Below, piece by piece: positions 30,832-45,850 of a stretch of 64,000 bases of DNA. Both the position numbers and the translations under genes were made by a program. The DNA comes from Eledone cirrhosa (Eukaryota). The stretch lies in NCBI GenBank assembly GCA_964016885.1, contig OZ024745.1, positions 45,756,001 to 45,820,000 on the forward strand. The letters run 5' to 3'. Below the pieces are notes generated by a model. It was not told where the DNA came from. It was given only the letters and a program-made list of their open reading frames with translations, and searched no databases. Position 1 is the first letter of the stretch; each line of letters starts with the position of its first letter.

Positions 30832-31699
30832 CTGAAATAAAGAAAATATATTTTGTTATTAGTAAATCTGGTGCTGATAGAATTTCTAAATGATAATAAT
30901 AATAATGGTTTCTGATTTAGACACAAGGCGAGCAATTTTGAGGGAGGGCAAAGTCGATTAAATCGACTCCAATGCGTTACTGGTAGTTTATTTTATCGAC
31001 TCCGTAAGGATGAAAGGCAAAGCTAACCTAGGCGGAATTTAAACTCAGAACGCCATAACTCTTTCTGCTTAGTAAAGTATAGACAAAGTTCTCACCCATA
31101 TTTCATACAATAAATGAAATGGCAGTACCCACCCTTTAACCCTCACCTTCCTCTTCAAGTGGTACTTGAAAAAGTTGATCGAGTGTAGTAATAATTATAA
31201 TTTAAGTAGAGACCAGCTATTACAAGGAAGGGTGAAAGTCGATTATGTCGGCCTTAGTACTTGAGTGTTACAATATTTTATCAACCTCGGGAGCATGAAA
31301 ATTTAACTCGACCCAAGCCAGATGTGAACACAAAATGTGTTGGTGTGTAACGAAAACACAAGAAAGCTTGTTGCGTAGGTCATTAATGATTCTGCCAACG
31401 TGACAAGAATAGTTTTTTGTTTCACAGAATATATAGAAAAGACAGGGGGAAACAATTTCTTACACTTATAGGTACGTGCCGTAGGTATTTCTGGTGTTTA
31501 AGTTTACACAATAGTCTACAGGTACTTGTAAATGTAAACGAAAGATATTTGGATTTGAAAGAATTTCCTTGATAACTGAAAAATGACTTATACTAATGTA
31601 TAATCTATAGCTACTATCAAAAAGGTAGTGTCGGAGGAATCCGAATTCGGCCGCTTTTATTCGTGATCGTATTCTTTCGGTTATTACCCAAGATTCATG

Positions 31700-32098
31700 A
31701 TCATAGGCTGTATTATTATAGGCGTTGTTTCTGTTTTCATTATCCTCGTGCGATTTATTTCTAACTTTAGATATTTATATTTGGATAATTTCTACATTTC
31801 TTTGGTAGATATATTGTCATCTGTGGAGATTGATGCATTGATTAGAAGACATTTCCTTTGTCATCTTTGACTATAATATCCGGTTGGTTGGCTTTCGTCT
31901 TTCTGTCTGTGTTTATTGGCATATATCCCAGAGGAAGGTTGCTTTGTTATTCTCTGACACCTTTTTGGTGTGTGTCTGTACCATTCTCTTTCAGTTGGTA
32001 TCTCTTACTGTTGGAATAGGTTCTAGTGTATGTAAACCTCAACTCTGTCATGTCGGTGCATATATTCCTTTTTATCTACGATTAGGCAGCCAGAGATA
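31700..32098 (-). mobile_element. decayed RLE-type (R4/Dong-like) non-LTR retrotransposon C-terminus
   Basis: Frameshifted ISGC....KEY.HRHDRV..YIH....WY.H.P..V.EN.K.T.LWD...TDRK.KAN.PDIIVKD...KLSKY, i.e. the end of the zinc knuckle followed by the restriction-like endonuclease. Confidence 0.75.
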
Positions 32099-35000
32099 GT
32101 GTGATTGTTCCCTCTCCACCTCCACATATTCTGCTGTTACTTACCGTGTTCTGTTTCATTGTATCAGTAGATCATCGGGCACCCTGCATTGCGGCATAGA
32201 TTTATGGCCCTTTGCACTTTGAGTTCAAATCCTTTCATTCTTGCGGGGTTGATAAAATAAAATACCACTGGGGTCGATTTTATCGACTTTCCCCTCCCTC
32301 AAAATTGCTAGCCTTGTCACTAAATCAGAAATCATTATTTACTTCTGGTGGTTTCTGGTGAGGCGGCTTTAGTCTTGTGCTACGATTAAAAATCTTTCCA
32401 TCTCGGCTTTAATCCAGTGCTTCGTAATCAACATTGTGAATATTGCTTATCTATTTCTCTATTCAGTATGAAATAATTAAACAAGACATAACAAAAATTG
32501 ATCAAGGGAATGGCAATAATACATATCTCATATAAACAGTAAAACTAACAGGGAAATACGATATAGAGAAATAGTCAATGCTAATAATGGTAGCTACCAC
32601 CAGATTCTACGGATGTGTAAGAATAAGTTGAACATTGAGCAAGTTCAACATGTCCATAGAATTAATCTGCATCAGCATAAATTCCTTGATACTCGTCAGA
32701 ATGTTCAGTATCGACAACTGATAAGAGACGATACGGTATAAAAAGGAATAAGGGAAAGTGGAACTCGTTATTCAATCAACTACCAGCATATTGGAGGACT
32801 GCTCTCTCAGACGTAACCTGGGGGCATAAAAGACAACAGGAAATTACGTTTGATAATTGAGCTCGTGCGTTGTCATAGTTTTAGAAATATGTAAGAATGA
32901 ATATGCTAATTATTTGAGATTAGTAGCATCTGCAAATGGAATTCAATATAGATTACTAAGATTTCCTGATATTTTTTCTGAATTTTTTCTTGGCTCTATC
33001 AGTTTTTATTAATGCTTTCTTGGGCCAAGAAGATTGAGGTCTTGCAAAAGAAAATATGTTTGTACAAAAGGTATAATAAGGTTTCCAGTGAGATTACCTT
33101 AACTCAATGACTTGCTACACCTAGTTTTACATCATAGGATGAAACTTGTTGTTGAAACTTGTTATTTCAATCGCATGAAGTCTAACATTCCCAAGCGAGA
33201 AACTGAACCGGCTTACCTGGAGTTTACTTCTTTTCTTCAACGCATATTACCATTGTCTGAATTCATAGTGGGCATGAACGACTGTCTAATCTGATTTCTT
33301 TAGCTTTAAATATTAACCTATTTACTAACACTTTTTAGCACTAACATATAAAAGATAACACTTTAAGAATTCACATTATTCAAATATTTAAAGACAATCT
33401 TTTATTGTAGTAAAGTAGTGTGACAAGGATAAAATCACAATATTATTCTCCAAGCTAGAAATTAAATATTTAACGAAAAATAGTTCGTTAAACATTAATC
33501 GAGGCATATGTTTACCGGCTTAAACTTTGCAATTGCATTCCTGGAGTGTTAAGGAGATTGGACGAAGATATGAAGAAATAACGGATTTAGTTGAAACGAC
33601 ATGGTCTAAGTCAGCAGAACTACAAAACATTACAAAGATTAAACTAGGAGATTATCTGGATTTTTTATTCATTTTAATACATATTTCGTTAACTCCTTGA
33701 GAAACTATGAAAGAAAAAAATGAACAGATAATCTGATAATAAAAAAAATATTAAGAATAAGATAGAATTGCGCGCACAACTACGATTTGGTCAAAAGAAT
33801 GATTTTTTTTATCACTTGTATAAATGTGTTTCTCTTTTGTTTAATACTTTAACCTCCAGCTGCAAGTATCTCACCATATTTTGATCAACTACAATAAAAT
33901 ACTGACATTGGCTGTAACAATAGATTAAACTATACATAAATATATCTTAAAGAATAAGAATAAATAGGAAGGGATCAGATATAAAAGAATGTAAATAATG
34001 AACACAGATACGAAATGAAGAAACGAAACATAAGAAAATAAAAAAAAATTCAGAAATATAAATATACTAAACTAAAATAGTGAAAATATAATGGAAATAA
34101 TCTTTACAGACTTTGCTTTGAAATATGCTAGAATAATGTAAATTTTTAGAAAAAACGTCGACATAATTAATTAGAAAATTTCTAATAAAGCAATTCGCGA
34201 AGATTACTTTTATGCTGCTTCCTCCTTTTCTGTTTCATCTCCCTCTCAACTTAAAATGAAACGATTTGCTATTTTTATGAGTCATTTAGAAATAATGAAT
34301 TTTGAAATTTGATATTAATCAACTTCATCTTGACGTTTCTCATTTTTTTAGCACTACATAGTGGTCGCAGGCATCCCTGAATTGTTAAGGAGTTCGGTTT
34401 GCAATAATGGATTCATCCTCTAGCCGAGTAGATGGCTATAGAAAACTGGTTTAAATATTAATCGCTCGATACCCTAACGAAATGTCAAATAATCTTGAAA
34501 ACGGAAACAACCATAACCCTAGCCAATGAACGACTTTTGCAGCAAAAGAAACCAATTTCTGGATTTGGGATTTTTGTAATGTGACCTACACTTAAATGTC
34601 TCTTTTGAAACATTATGAATTAAACATCACTAATAAGGTATTTTTTTACCTGTAAAATTTCAAGTATCTATTTCATCACTCATTTTATCTAAATGGGGAA
34701 AATTTTCTCACGACCACCTTTCTTACAAAAACACCCCTTAAACTATAAGACAATGTCTTGATATGATATAAACCACTGTAAATCCACTATCATAAATTAT
34801 AGTAAATTTACTGCACAATATTGAAACTGAATATTAAACAATATATGCATTTAGAAATGCGACTCAAAACTTACAGTTAGTTGATTCCATTTAATTTATC
34901 ATAATTTAAACCTATCCACCTTTAGTTTACAATTGTATTTATCTGTTTGTCTATTTATCTAGTTGTCTATTTTTACATCTATTTATCTAGTTATTTGCTC

Positions 35001-37029
35001 CCTGTCTACATGTTAAATATCTAGCGTTCACTGTCACCACATCCACCTACAAGAAACAAGGCATCTATTATCGACACACAGAAAAATAAGCCACTAAAGT
35101 AGATACACCTCGTCTGCCTTACTGATATCTGGTTATGATCGTTGTCAGTTTACAAAAGAGAACGGCGTTCTTTATTTTGTATAGAAACAAGGCTACAAAG
35201 AGAGACATCAAACAGAAATAGTGAAATTCTTCTTTCCCAAGCACATATATAATAAAATATTACTCTATGGTTTCCATGAAAGCTTGTTATATTGATGAGA
35301 TCTTGATGCTGATGCAATCCTGTGATTTTAATATATAATTGTCATCACAAGCACCATTGGAAAAATTTTAAACATCAATCTCATATATTACTCGTAAATT
35401 TCGTAACTGTGTAGTAAAATATTATTTTCAATACTGCCGAGTTAAGAGAGTTATGTTTTCTCTTAAAAATAATTTTCATTTTCTTCTTCATTTTAAGTAG
35501 CGCGATTATTATCTCCTTATTAAATCCTTAAAGTGTAAATGCTGAAGTGTTTTTCTACTCGCTATATCTTCATCGTCACACGCTCAAAAAGACGAGGAAG
35601 GACATCACCTTGAAGTAAAACGCTCGTCAATTTATGAGAAAGTTTATTCTTGATTTATTGGGCCGTAATCATTCATATTCGGCTGCAATGGCAGTCTATT
35701 ACATTAGTATTTTATCCGTTCACTTCTATATTTCCTTTGTGGAGAGGGAATATTTGTTTATAACCTTCATTCTCTCTTTGAACCTGCCACTCATCGATTT
35801 CCCTCTAGTTCACTAAACTACATCAATTCAGTTTTTCTCTATATATATCAGTATTCATCAACTATACTTTAACGGCCATACTTACAAACATCATGGCCAC
35901 AATTATCATTACTTAATTCACTGATAGTTTGATATTGCTATCGTGTTTTTATGTCTGTCACTATCCTTAATCTCTTCTGCTTTAATACTACGAATGTGAT
36001 TCTGTTTATCATTATCATCTATTTAACCATCACTACATTTATAAATATCGTTACGCCATGAAAGTTATTAAGCATTGACTAACTAAAGTATTTACAAACC
36101 ATGTTCATTGTTGCGGTATATATCTTTTAAACAAGACCACTTTAATAAAAATTAAAAAATAAATAAATAAAAACATAATTAAAACATGTCATTGGATATA
36201 AGATACATTGTAGAACATCGTATTGTACTTTTCATATTTAGCTTTCTGTTTTTACTGGGCGTTTCATCTCTTCAAAATAGACAACATATAGAGCAGTAAT
36301 ATAATATCATCGATTCCTTTAACTATATTTAAACCCTAAACTCTTGGTTATGTAGGTAAAGAAGAAATCAATTTGTAATTAGCAAATCAAAACAGTTCTA
36401 ATAAAACCAAAAGGATTAATAATATCTCCCTTTTTAAAGTGATATTTCTCATGGCAATTCAGATCTTTGGACGCGTAAGCTCATCCCTATAAATAAGTGA
36501 TGCAGACCACTTCTTCTGTGCACACTGATTGTCTTAGATATTGTTAATAACAACCGACTATGGTTAGAGATATTTTCTGCGTTTGAGACTCCTACATTTT
36601 CTAAGAATATATATATATATTTGTGTGTGTGGACTAGATTATCTCTGTAAATCATTTACATCAGCTTTGGGGCTATCATGTTACGTAATATTTCCTTCAT
36701 AACTCACAACATACCTATATATCTAAAATTGAATGACTAGCTGAATATAGTGCATCAACGTTTAGCTGATATACAAGGAACACTAGGATTTAAATATTGG
36801 CATGCAGAGTATGTGAATTTCAACCATGGTTCACATGTTATTTGACAATTAAGTAGCATATTTTGTTTAATAACACAGCATCGATAGAAGTTTTTAAAGA
36901 GTACGTGTTGTGAAGAATGACCCCAAGAAAGAGATTCTTACCAAGAACAAAGCTGCCTGACAATATACCATAATAAAAATGACCTCTCAGACCAACATCT
37001 GACACCCTCTCTAGTGCTGATGTCACGAT

Positions 37030-37269
37030 GAAATATGACAAATACACCGTGTGCCTTGATAAAATGCACCCACTAAATTCTGTAAAATGTCATGTAAAAC
37101 GCACCTATGACACCAGGTTAAGTGATTGACGTGAGGAAAGGCAGCTGTAGACACCAACTGAGGAACGGAATAAGCAAGTTGAATAAGCCTTGACTTTTCT
37201 CAGATTGGGACAGTCCGACTAGCGCATGCCATCGTGGAAAGTGGACGTAAAATGAAGATCATTATGAAC

Positions 37270-37303
<34 letters not shown>

Positions 37304-37470
37304 GATAAATGATGATGATGATGAGGATGATGATGATGATGATGATGATGAGATAAATGATGATGATGAGGATGATGATGGTGATGATGATGAGGAGGAT
37401 GATGGTGATGATGATGATGAGGATGATGAGGATGATGATGATGATTATGATGATGAGGAGGAGGAGGATA
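37030..37470 (+). mobile_element. RTE-tailed SINE whose tail expanded into a (GAT)n array
   Basis: catgccatcgtggaaagtggacgtaaaatgaagat followed by ~200 bp of (GAT/GAG)n. Confidence 0.55.
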
Positions 37471-38079
37471 AATATAATCTTACAATAGGTTTTAACCGTA
37501 ATTTTATCCATAAACTTTAAGAGTTTTGCAAATAGAATTTACCATTATCAACTTTTAGATGGATTAATTAACTTTTATTGATGCAACCAATCTGTTTTCA
37601 CACCTAAATCTTTACGTTTATATCTTTGAAACTTAGACAACCTTTTATACTCGAAATCTTTGTGATCTTATCCCTACAATAAAGACAATTATAATGATGA
37701 TCAAAGGATTATTTTTTCAACCAGCTTTGTGCAGTACGCCTTCTCAAACGAAGCTGGCTGAAGATATTTAACATTAATTATATTTTCTTAATAGTATCAT
37801 TAATTAAAATTCATGAGGGTGGTGTACTTTTACAGAGTTGTTAGAGCTTTGTGATAATTATTATGACACCTTTTTACATTCTGAGTTCAAATCTAGCTCA
37901 GGTCAACTTTGCCTTTTATACTTACTGGGTTGATATAATCGACTTTACCTTTCCCTTAAATTGCTAATCCTGTGCCTTAAGCAGAAATAACTAAATAACA
38001 TTTATGCTTACAAATAACTCAAATAATTTGTAAACATTGAAATCGAAACAAATACGATGTACAAGAAATTATTACTCAC

Positions 38080-38128
38080 CTGTCCATAACAGTGACCATA
38101 TTACTGACAAATCTCTGAGGGAATGCAT
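38080..38128 (-). CDS. RET: RET-like receptor tyrosine kinase, first coding exon (signal peptide MHSLRDLSVIWSLLWT-G)
   Basis: Minus strand reads caaaATG (Kozak-like), 16 codons plus 1 nt, then a canonical donor CAG|GTGAGT. The phase-1 join to the 30831 exon gives MHSLRDLSVIWSLLWTGCFC-LYFPQ, a hydrophobic signal peptide ending before the LYF start typical of mature RET. Confidence 0.75.
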
Positions 38129-39600
38129 TTTGACACTGCTTTCTAGCAAAGCATGGTATATTCTTGATACCACACTTCGTTTAAATATCAAAATATTAAA
38201 TATTGTTAACAAATCCTATTTGTGGATTTGCCTGATTTCCAGACGGTGATTATCTCCCGATAGAACCTTTCATTGAATAATAGTATAGCAAGTAACTAAA
38301 GATTTCATCTATTAATTCTTGATCTTAATAGTTGTAGGTGGGCTGTTATTTTTTATTCATATTATTTCATTATATTTTGTTGTTTTTTGTTTCTGTCCCT
38401 GTTGTTTGTCTGTCGTCTTTTTCTCATTTATGTAGAGTTCTAATTATGAAATTGAAGAGAAATATATTCATTCATTTCGGCTTAGCTGCGGCAAAGATAT
38501 AACAATACATAGAAGTTGAGAGTACAAAGAAAGATGATTTTCTTTCAGCTGTTTCATACAAGCATCTTTGTCCATATTAGCTTTGAAATTAGCCGTTATA
38601 GTTGTTTTAATTTTGATGACAACGTTGTTGTTATTATCATTATCATTATAATTATAATTATTATTATTATTATTGTTTTTATTATTATTAATTCATATTT
38701 TCATTATAATAGATACTGACATCACTGCTCTCCCTATTGTTTCACCGTCATTTCTTATAAAACCAGCAGTAACAAGAGACAACAAGCAGTGGATTTAGAA
38801 GCATGGGAAAAAGTTACTGTTGATAATACCATGTATCAGTGAGATCGTTTCCCAAATAATTTAAATATTCCAGGCAATAATTTTGTCAATAAATATGCTT
38901 CATTGTAAATTTCTAATGAAATCATATTTGAGAAAACTTTGAAAAGGCAATGGAGACTATCGGATCGTGTGCTTTGTTTTCACATTGTACAAATATTAAC
39001 ATCATTAAGATTATTTAAAAGCTATCTTTATTCTTATAGATCTTGGTCTTCTTATAGTCTTATTTCTTTATATATTTGTGTAGGCATCTAATATATGCAT
39101 ATTTTTCTGTACGTAAATTGTGCATGGGTGGATTCACTCAAATGACACAAAAGTCAAATGAAGAAATACATTATATGGTGATGCTGATAATGTGTGCAGT
39201 TGTACATTCCACTGAATATTCGTAATTGCTCAAATGTGTTGGGTGTAGAATATTTGCTGACGATTTAATAGAATACTTTTATAACAACGTATTGACGTCC
39301 TTTCTTTGACTATTGTAGATAATCTCATAGTTGTCACTATCTGAAACGAGAGAGAATGATTCTATTTTTATCATTCATAGAGATAAATATGTGAAGGAGA
39401 GCATAAACAAACAAACAAACATTATTAAAAAGGTGGTATAGAAGAGTAAAATGACAGAAAGAGTAAAATGTCTTGAGTATTCATGATTTGTCAAGCAACT
39501 GTCTGAGCTCCCACTCAACATGCCAGCTTTCACTTTCCCCCATCAAAAGTCAGGAATACTAATGGTATATAACATGTATATAACGATTCTATCGAATACA

Positions 39601-40019
39601 TCATCATCATCAGGTCGAGCTTGCTCGGCTTTCTACGACACGTTTCCTCCATCTATCTCTGTCTCTCATAGCGTTTGCCAGTTCTTCCGCAGTGCATCCA
39701 GTATCGTCCTCAAGTTGCTTGACGTATGTCTTCTTGGGACGACCAGCGTTTCTTGCTCCATGAGATGGACTCCATAACAACACATCACCTGCTATTTCTT
39801 CCTTGCTGCGCCAACAGTGGCCAGCAAATCTGAGTCTTTGTCTACGTATTGACCTGCTGATAGGTGGTATATTGCCATAGAGATCCTTATTTGTTGGGTG
39901 TTCCCTCCAAGACACGTTTAAAGCAGCACGGAGCATACGTGTGTATGCCCCGTCTAGCTTTTTCTCCAGTTTCGACGTTAGCGTCCCAAGTGATAGAGCC
40001 ATAAACAAGCACAGATTCG
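39601..40019 (-). mobile_element. 5'-truncated RTE-clade LINE (ORF C-terminus)
   Basis: ESVLVYGSITW/TLTSKLEKKLDGAYTRMLRAALNVSW...RLRFAGHCWR...GRPKKTYV..L..D.G......AM.DR..W, then a (TGA)n tail. TSD tcgaatacat at 39592 and 40017. Confidence 0.9.
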
Positions 40020-40465
40020 AATACATACAAGCTGTGGAATCGAATACATACTCTCCGCAAAAATGTTATACAGGTGCGCCAAAGTAAGAAATCGTTATTA
40101 AAAACGAAAAAGGTCAAATATTAAAGAGAATATTGAAACGACAGCAAAAATATGCACTTCCGTATCATCATATTTTGAGACTATATTGTGTCAGGTCATA
40201 AAGTAAGTACGAAGATAAACAGAAATCTATTTCATTTATGAATACATTCCCCTAGCATAAATATTATCAATGATTATTATGAAATTAAGATATATCAATC
40301 GAATGGACTAATCTAAGTATCTTATAAGCACTTATAGTAAATGCATTAGCTAGAATGCTAAGTTTATATATACAGACACAGAGGCACAAACACACAGAGG
40401 TATTTATACATACACTCATATACATTTCTTTCCTCACCTCTCTCCCCCCTCTCTACACCTCCCCC

Positions 40466-40854
<389 letters not shown>

Positions 40855-40855
<1 letters not shown>

Positions 40856-41472
40856 CAGTACTAATACTCTAACATAATGTGAAACGCAACAAGGGTTGTA
40901 TATTGAAGCATATACGAAATGTTTACGTATGATAAATACCCTTTTACCCTCGCTATGATTCTTTTAATAAGCGTGCTCATGTCACTGCTGATCGCTGCAC
41001 CTTTTCTGCATGTTTATCAGTCATCAGGGCGGCTTACTTCTTCGCGGCTAAGACAAAATAAGCCGTAAGCTTATAGTTTTTTTTTGTTTATGATCATCGG
41101 CTCATAAACATAAACATTTCGTTTTATGCTTCAATATAAAACCCTTGTTACATTTAACGATAAATCTGAGCCTTACTACTGCTTATTAATTCGAGATCCC
41201 TAGTTTTGCTCTCTATGCAAATAAGCATCATCAACCGATGTTTATGACGAACAAAAATGCAGAAACGATGCCGTCAGGTTGCTCTCTCTCTAAATATATC
41301 TATCTATCTATCTATCTATCTCTGTCTCTCCCTCTATCTCTGTCTCTCTCTCTCTCTCTCTGTCGCGAAGAATAGCAGTGACATGTTCACAGCTCATTAA
41401 AAGATCATAGTGAGTCTAAAAGCATGTTTAGTATAGATAAACATTTCATGTATGTTTCAATATGCAACCTTG
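40855..41472. mobile_element. MITE-like element with nested diverged inverted repeats, between (TA)n tracts
   Basis: aagggttgtatattgaagcata..gaaatgtttac (~40890-40930) is inverted at both 41105-41147 and 41435-41472. atgtcactgct and agcagtgacat also pair. Confidence 0.55.
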
Positions 41473-41487
41473 ATACACACACACACA

Positions 41488-41595
<108 letters not shown>

Positions 41596-42027
41596 CATAT
41601 ACATGTGCATATATATATATATAGCGACGATTAGCTTTCTATTTAGGACAGACACCATAGTTTTGAGGTCTAATAACCCGTTACTTTCTTTATTCGTTCT
41701 TCACCCTGTGCTGTTTGTTTTATCACACACATCATACAGCTGAAAGATTTGTGTTTCTGTTGCACGATCCACCATTTTAAAATGGCACGGTTAACTAAAT
41801 CGTGCGAAACTATTCTGCTAGTTTGAGAGCTGATCAGTTGGTCACTCTTTTCATTTATAGGGGTATGTTACACGATTTCCCGAGCTATTATTTATTGCAA
41901 TTGACTGCAGTTAAGTTTATTGTTTGTGTTTGGGGGCTCTATATTTCAAATTTCTAAGCATTTCAAATTTACATAAACACTCCGATCATTTATTTTCGAA
42001 ACACACAGACACATACACACGCGCACA

Positions 42028-42072
<45 letters not shown>

Positions 42073-42413
42073 TACAGACACACATGCACGCACACACACA
42101 CAATCAAACACACACAAACACACACAAACATACACACTCACACACACACACACAAACATACACACGGGTGCACCTATATATATATATATATATTAGCCTT
42201 TATACTGTTGTATTATCAACTTACTTGAACTTTATATATATATATATACATAAAAAGTTCAAGTAAGTTGATAATACAACAGTATAAAGGCTAAGAAAAT
42301 TGAAAGCTCAATATAAATTTATAGCCCACAACAGAATAGGTAAGAAACAGTTCAAAGTTTAATCCAATAAGTAGAATTTCAATCACAGTAGTATTATAAT
42401 TTCTCTGAACCTA

Positions 42414-42603
42414 AGGGCTGTGGATTGGCAGTATCGGTAGAGTATCGGACGCCATGCTTTGACGCATAGAGTTACGGCCCTTGCCATTCTGAGTTCAAAT
42501 CCCGCCGAGGTTAACTTTGCCTTTCATCCTTACGGGGTCGATAAAATAAAGTACCAGTAATGCACTGGGTAATTTCTGGCCTTGTGCCAAAGGTAGAAAC
42601 AAT
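42414..42603 (+). mobile_element. SINE family A inserted into a PLE-like tail fragment
   Basis: TSD taatttctc(t/a)gaaccta at 42397 and 42606. Confidence 0.9.
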
Positions 42604-42669
42604 TTTAATTTCTCAGAACCTACATATAAAAACAGTACTTTAACTTTTGATGTATATGTATATATATAA

Positions 42670-42870
42670 TTGAATATACAAGAGAGATAAACACAAATAT
42701 AAACATACATGTGTTCGAATTGTAAAGGACCAGGTTCACAATCGAACACATGTATGTTTATATTTGTGTTTATCTCTCTTGTATATTCAATATATTACAC
42801 TGTTCAGAAAAACTTCTTTCTTTGAGCTATTTAATTGTAAGAGACTATTTTGAGTTTCTAACTCAATATC

Positions 42871-42872
<2 letters not shown>
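42670..42872 (+). mobile_element. hairpin-plus-tail element next to TA tracts
   Basis: Arms 42670-42718 and 42742-42791. The tail cactgttcagaaaa..ctttctttgagct..ttaattgtaa..gacta is also found at 19258-19325. Confidence 0.7.
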
Positions 42873-42908
<36 letters not shown>

Positions 42909-42949
42909 GTGTGTGTGTGTGCATGGTCTTGGATACATGTTGTCTAGGT

Positions 42950-43137
42950 AATAATTGTTTCTACTTTTGGCAATAAAGGCCAGCAATTACCCAGTGCATT
43001 ACTGGTACTTTATTTTATTGACCCCGTAAGGATGAAAGGCAAAGTTAACCTTGGTAGGATTTCAACTCAGAACATAAAGGGTCGTAACTATGGTGAAAAG
43101 CATGGCGTCCGACCCTCTACCGATACTGCCAATTCAC
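42950..43137 (-). mobile_element. SINE family A, full length
   Basis: Core match; inverted relative to the 42414 copy. Confidence 0.9.
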
Positions 43138-43172
43138 CTGATGCCTACGCTTGCTCTTTCTCTCCATCTCTC

Positions 43173-43230
<58 letters not shown>

Positions 43231-43880
43231 CATGGTCTTGGATACATGTTGTCTAGGTAATAATATTAACTGATGCCTACGCTCTGACTCGTTCTCTTCG
43301 CAACTGTTACATCACCGAGCTATTGCCAGACAATATAACCGATATTTTCAGTATTGATCAAAATTATTCTTGTATCTCTGCTCCTAATTGCTCTATTACT
43401 CTATTATGTGTTCCAGCCGACAGGCTGAGACCATTTATGGATCTAACGAGGAACTATTTTTAGTATCCCTGTTGGCCCACTCGTGTTCTTCCGCATAAGC
43501 GTTAGTATACATGTGCTTTCAGTGTTTATAATTTCATTACAGGGCTGAATGCAGGTGGTATGTGTACATAATCAGATGTTCCCTTCTGAAGAAGAACCTA
43601 ACATCGTAATGATGCCTTTTATTTAATAATAGTAATCGGTATTATTTCTTGTCGACTCGGAACACATCTGTATAAGCCTTAAGTATCAGTATTTACCATC
43701 TTCATGTAAGTTCATTGCTTGCCTTCCCGCTTTTCTTGTGCCTTTATATTTATATATCTACCCCTCAGATCCATTTTGTCTAGGAAATATTAACTACACT
43801 GATCTGATCTTTTCACAATTGTTTTGTCGTCGAACGATTACCAGACAATATGAGCGCTACTTTGGGTATTTATCAAAATG

Positions 43881-43970
<90 letters not shown>

Positions 43971-43974
43971 GATA

Positions 43975-44445
43975 GATTTCTACGAAACAAAGACACATGC
44001 CGGGGATTTTACATTCAATCGTGTAAAAATATTGAAACAAACAAATTAAACAATCGAAATCCCCAATAGGGAGGAGGCGTCACAAATGGGTTGTTTAATA
44101 CCCCGTCGATAGAACAACCCTCAACTTCAGGAGCGTGTTGTGCAAGTGCTCCCTTCTTCCTTTTGCTCTCTTCTGCAACCTACCGGTTTATATACAGAGA
44201 AGGCTCAATCACTCGGGCCATTTTTGCCACATTCACCCACCTTTCAGTCAATTTACTGGGATGCAGTTCCTCTCTCTTCACTCTGATTCTCCTTCTAAAG
44301 TGGTACCTAAAGAAGGGAATGAGTTGTTGTCCGGAGAGAAAAGCACCTGTTCTCAGTCCTCTCAACCTCGTACACCATATAACCTCTTTCACCATAGCCA
44401 CTATACAGAGGAAAACCGCTTCTCTTTCGTTTTTGAAAGAGATAG
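43975..44445 (-). mobile_element. Tx1/L1-clade LINE 3' fragment
   Basis: AVFLCIVAMVKEVIWCTR...LI.FF.YH...RIRV.RE.L......RWV resembles a Tx1-like ORF2 C-terminus. A UTR follows, ending in a microsatellite. Confidence 0.55.
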
Positions 44446-44447
44446 AA

Positions 44448-44630
44448 TTTGCGTGGATTAGTGTTTAGAGCATTGGTACCACAATCGTGAGATTGTGGAT
44501 ATGATGCCCGGACCGGGAGATGCGTTGTGTTCTAGAGAAAGACACATTATTTCACGTTTCTCCAGTTCACTCAAGTGTAGAAATGAGTTGTGATGTCACT
44601 CGTACCAAGCTGTATCGGTCATGTTTGAGT
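44448..44630 (+). mobile_element. CORE-like tRNA SINE; related copies at 7920-8080 (-) and 14800-14950 (-)
   Basis: tRNA-like head followed by gcgttgtgttct.gag.aagacac.ttatttcacgtt.ctccag. Confidence 0.6.
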
Positions 44631-44680
44631 ATGGGCTGTATGTTTGGGCGTATGTTTGTGTGCGTGTGTATATATCGATG

Positions 44681-44738
<58 letters not shown>

Positions 44739-45665
44739 TATACGGGATTAATTGTGGAATGTATGATCGTCTATACAGATATTTTGCCATTGGTCAGTTC
44801 TCATTAGACACATTTAAATCCTTTCTATATACTTAATTAGATCTGAAGTAGAATGTAAAATTTTGATTTGTAAATTCTAAAACAACAAAAAACAAATGTC
44901 GACTGAGAATAAAAACAACAAATTAAGAAGACTGGGAACTAAACGTGGTAAGAAAACCAGTTATTGTAAAGGATAAACCTTAACAACTTGCCTAATCTAC
45001 TTAAGTAATCCGAAAGTCTTAATGCAGAAAGAAAATTACACCTAGTCATTTAAACTTCACATATAGTCTCTACTAACTCGTTCTATGGGGATTGCGTGGT
45101 TAGTATATTATGCCTGCAATTGTAAGTTTGTAAGTTCGATTATCAACGGGTTAAACACATTATTTCCCGTTGCTCCAATCTACTCAGCTAACAAACATAA
45201 GCTGTATTTGTAATTCGGAAGTTCAACCCTATCACACAGTGTCGCATTGAATCTCCTTCAGATTTGTTTTAAGAGTAGACGTTTCTGTCAAATTCTCAGA
45301 AATTTGTTTAGTAAGTTCAAGAGCAGGTAGTTCCGTTAATCAAACAAATGTAACATCTTGTGGTCTAGCACATATATTTCCATCGATATTAATCGTAATC
45401 GCTTTTATTAATCGAAACCAATTTAACCACCCCTTAAACAAACTGTCACGAGCCATGTTACGAAGTGGCGTCTACATATTCATTCAATTTGCTAGAAATA
45501 GCAGCTGAAACATCATTAAAAAAGGACTTAGTAGAAAATATAGTTGTAGGTAATTTTGTCTAAGATGTAATGTATTCAATTAAGGTATGCGTTAAGTAAT
45601 TTTTTACGCCATCTAAAATCTAAATGTTTAAGCCTATGTTAATACGAATTATGTATTATTATAAC

Positions 45666-45850
45666 TGGATTGGCAGTATCGGTAGAGGGTCGGACGCCAT
45701 GCTTTGACGCATAGAGTTACGGCCTTTGCCATTCTGAGTTCAAATCCCGCCGAAGTTAACTTTGCCTTTCACCCTTACGGGGTCGATAAAATAAAGTACC
45801 AGTAATGCACTGGGTATTTGCTGGCCTTGTGCCAAAAGTAGAAACAATTA
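45666..45850 (+). mobile_element. SINE family A
   Basis: Full head, core and tail; short TSD ttataac. Confidence 0.9.

Noticed and set aside
33210-33295. Strong minus-strand donor CAG|GTAAGC as an alternative first exon
   Set aside because: No signal-peptide-like frame upstream; the 38128 exon fits much better. A cryptic non-coding exon cannot be excluded.
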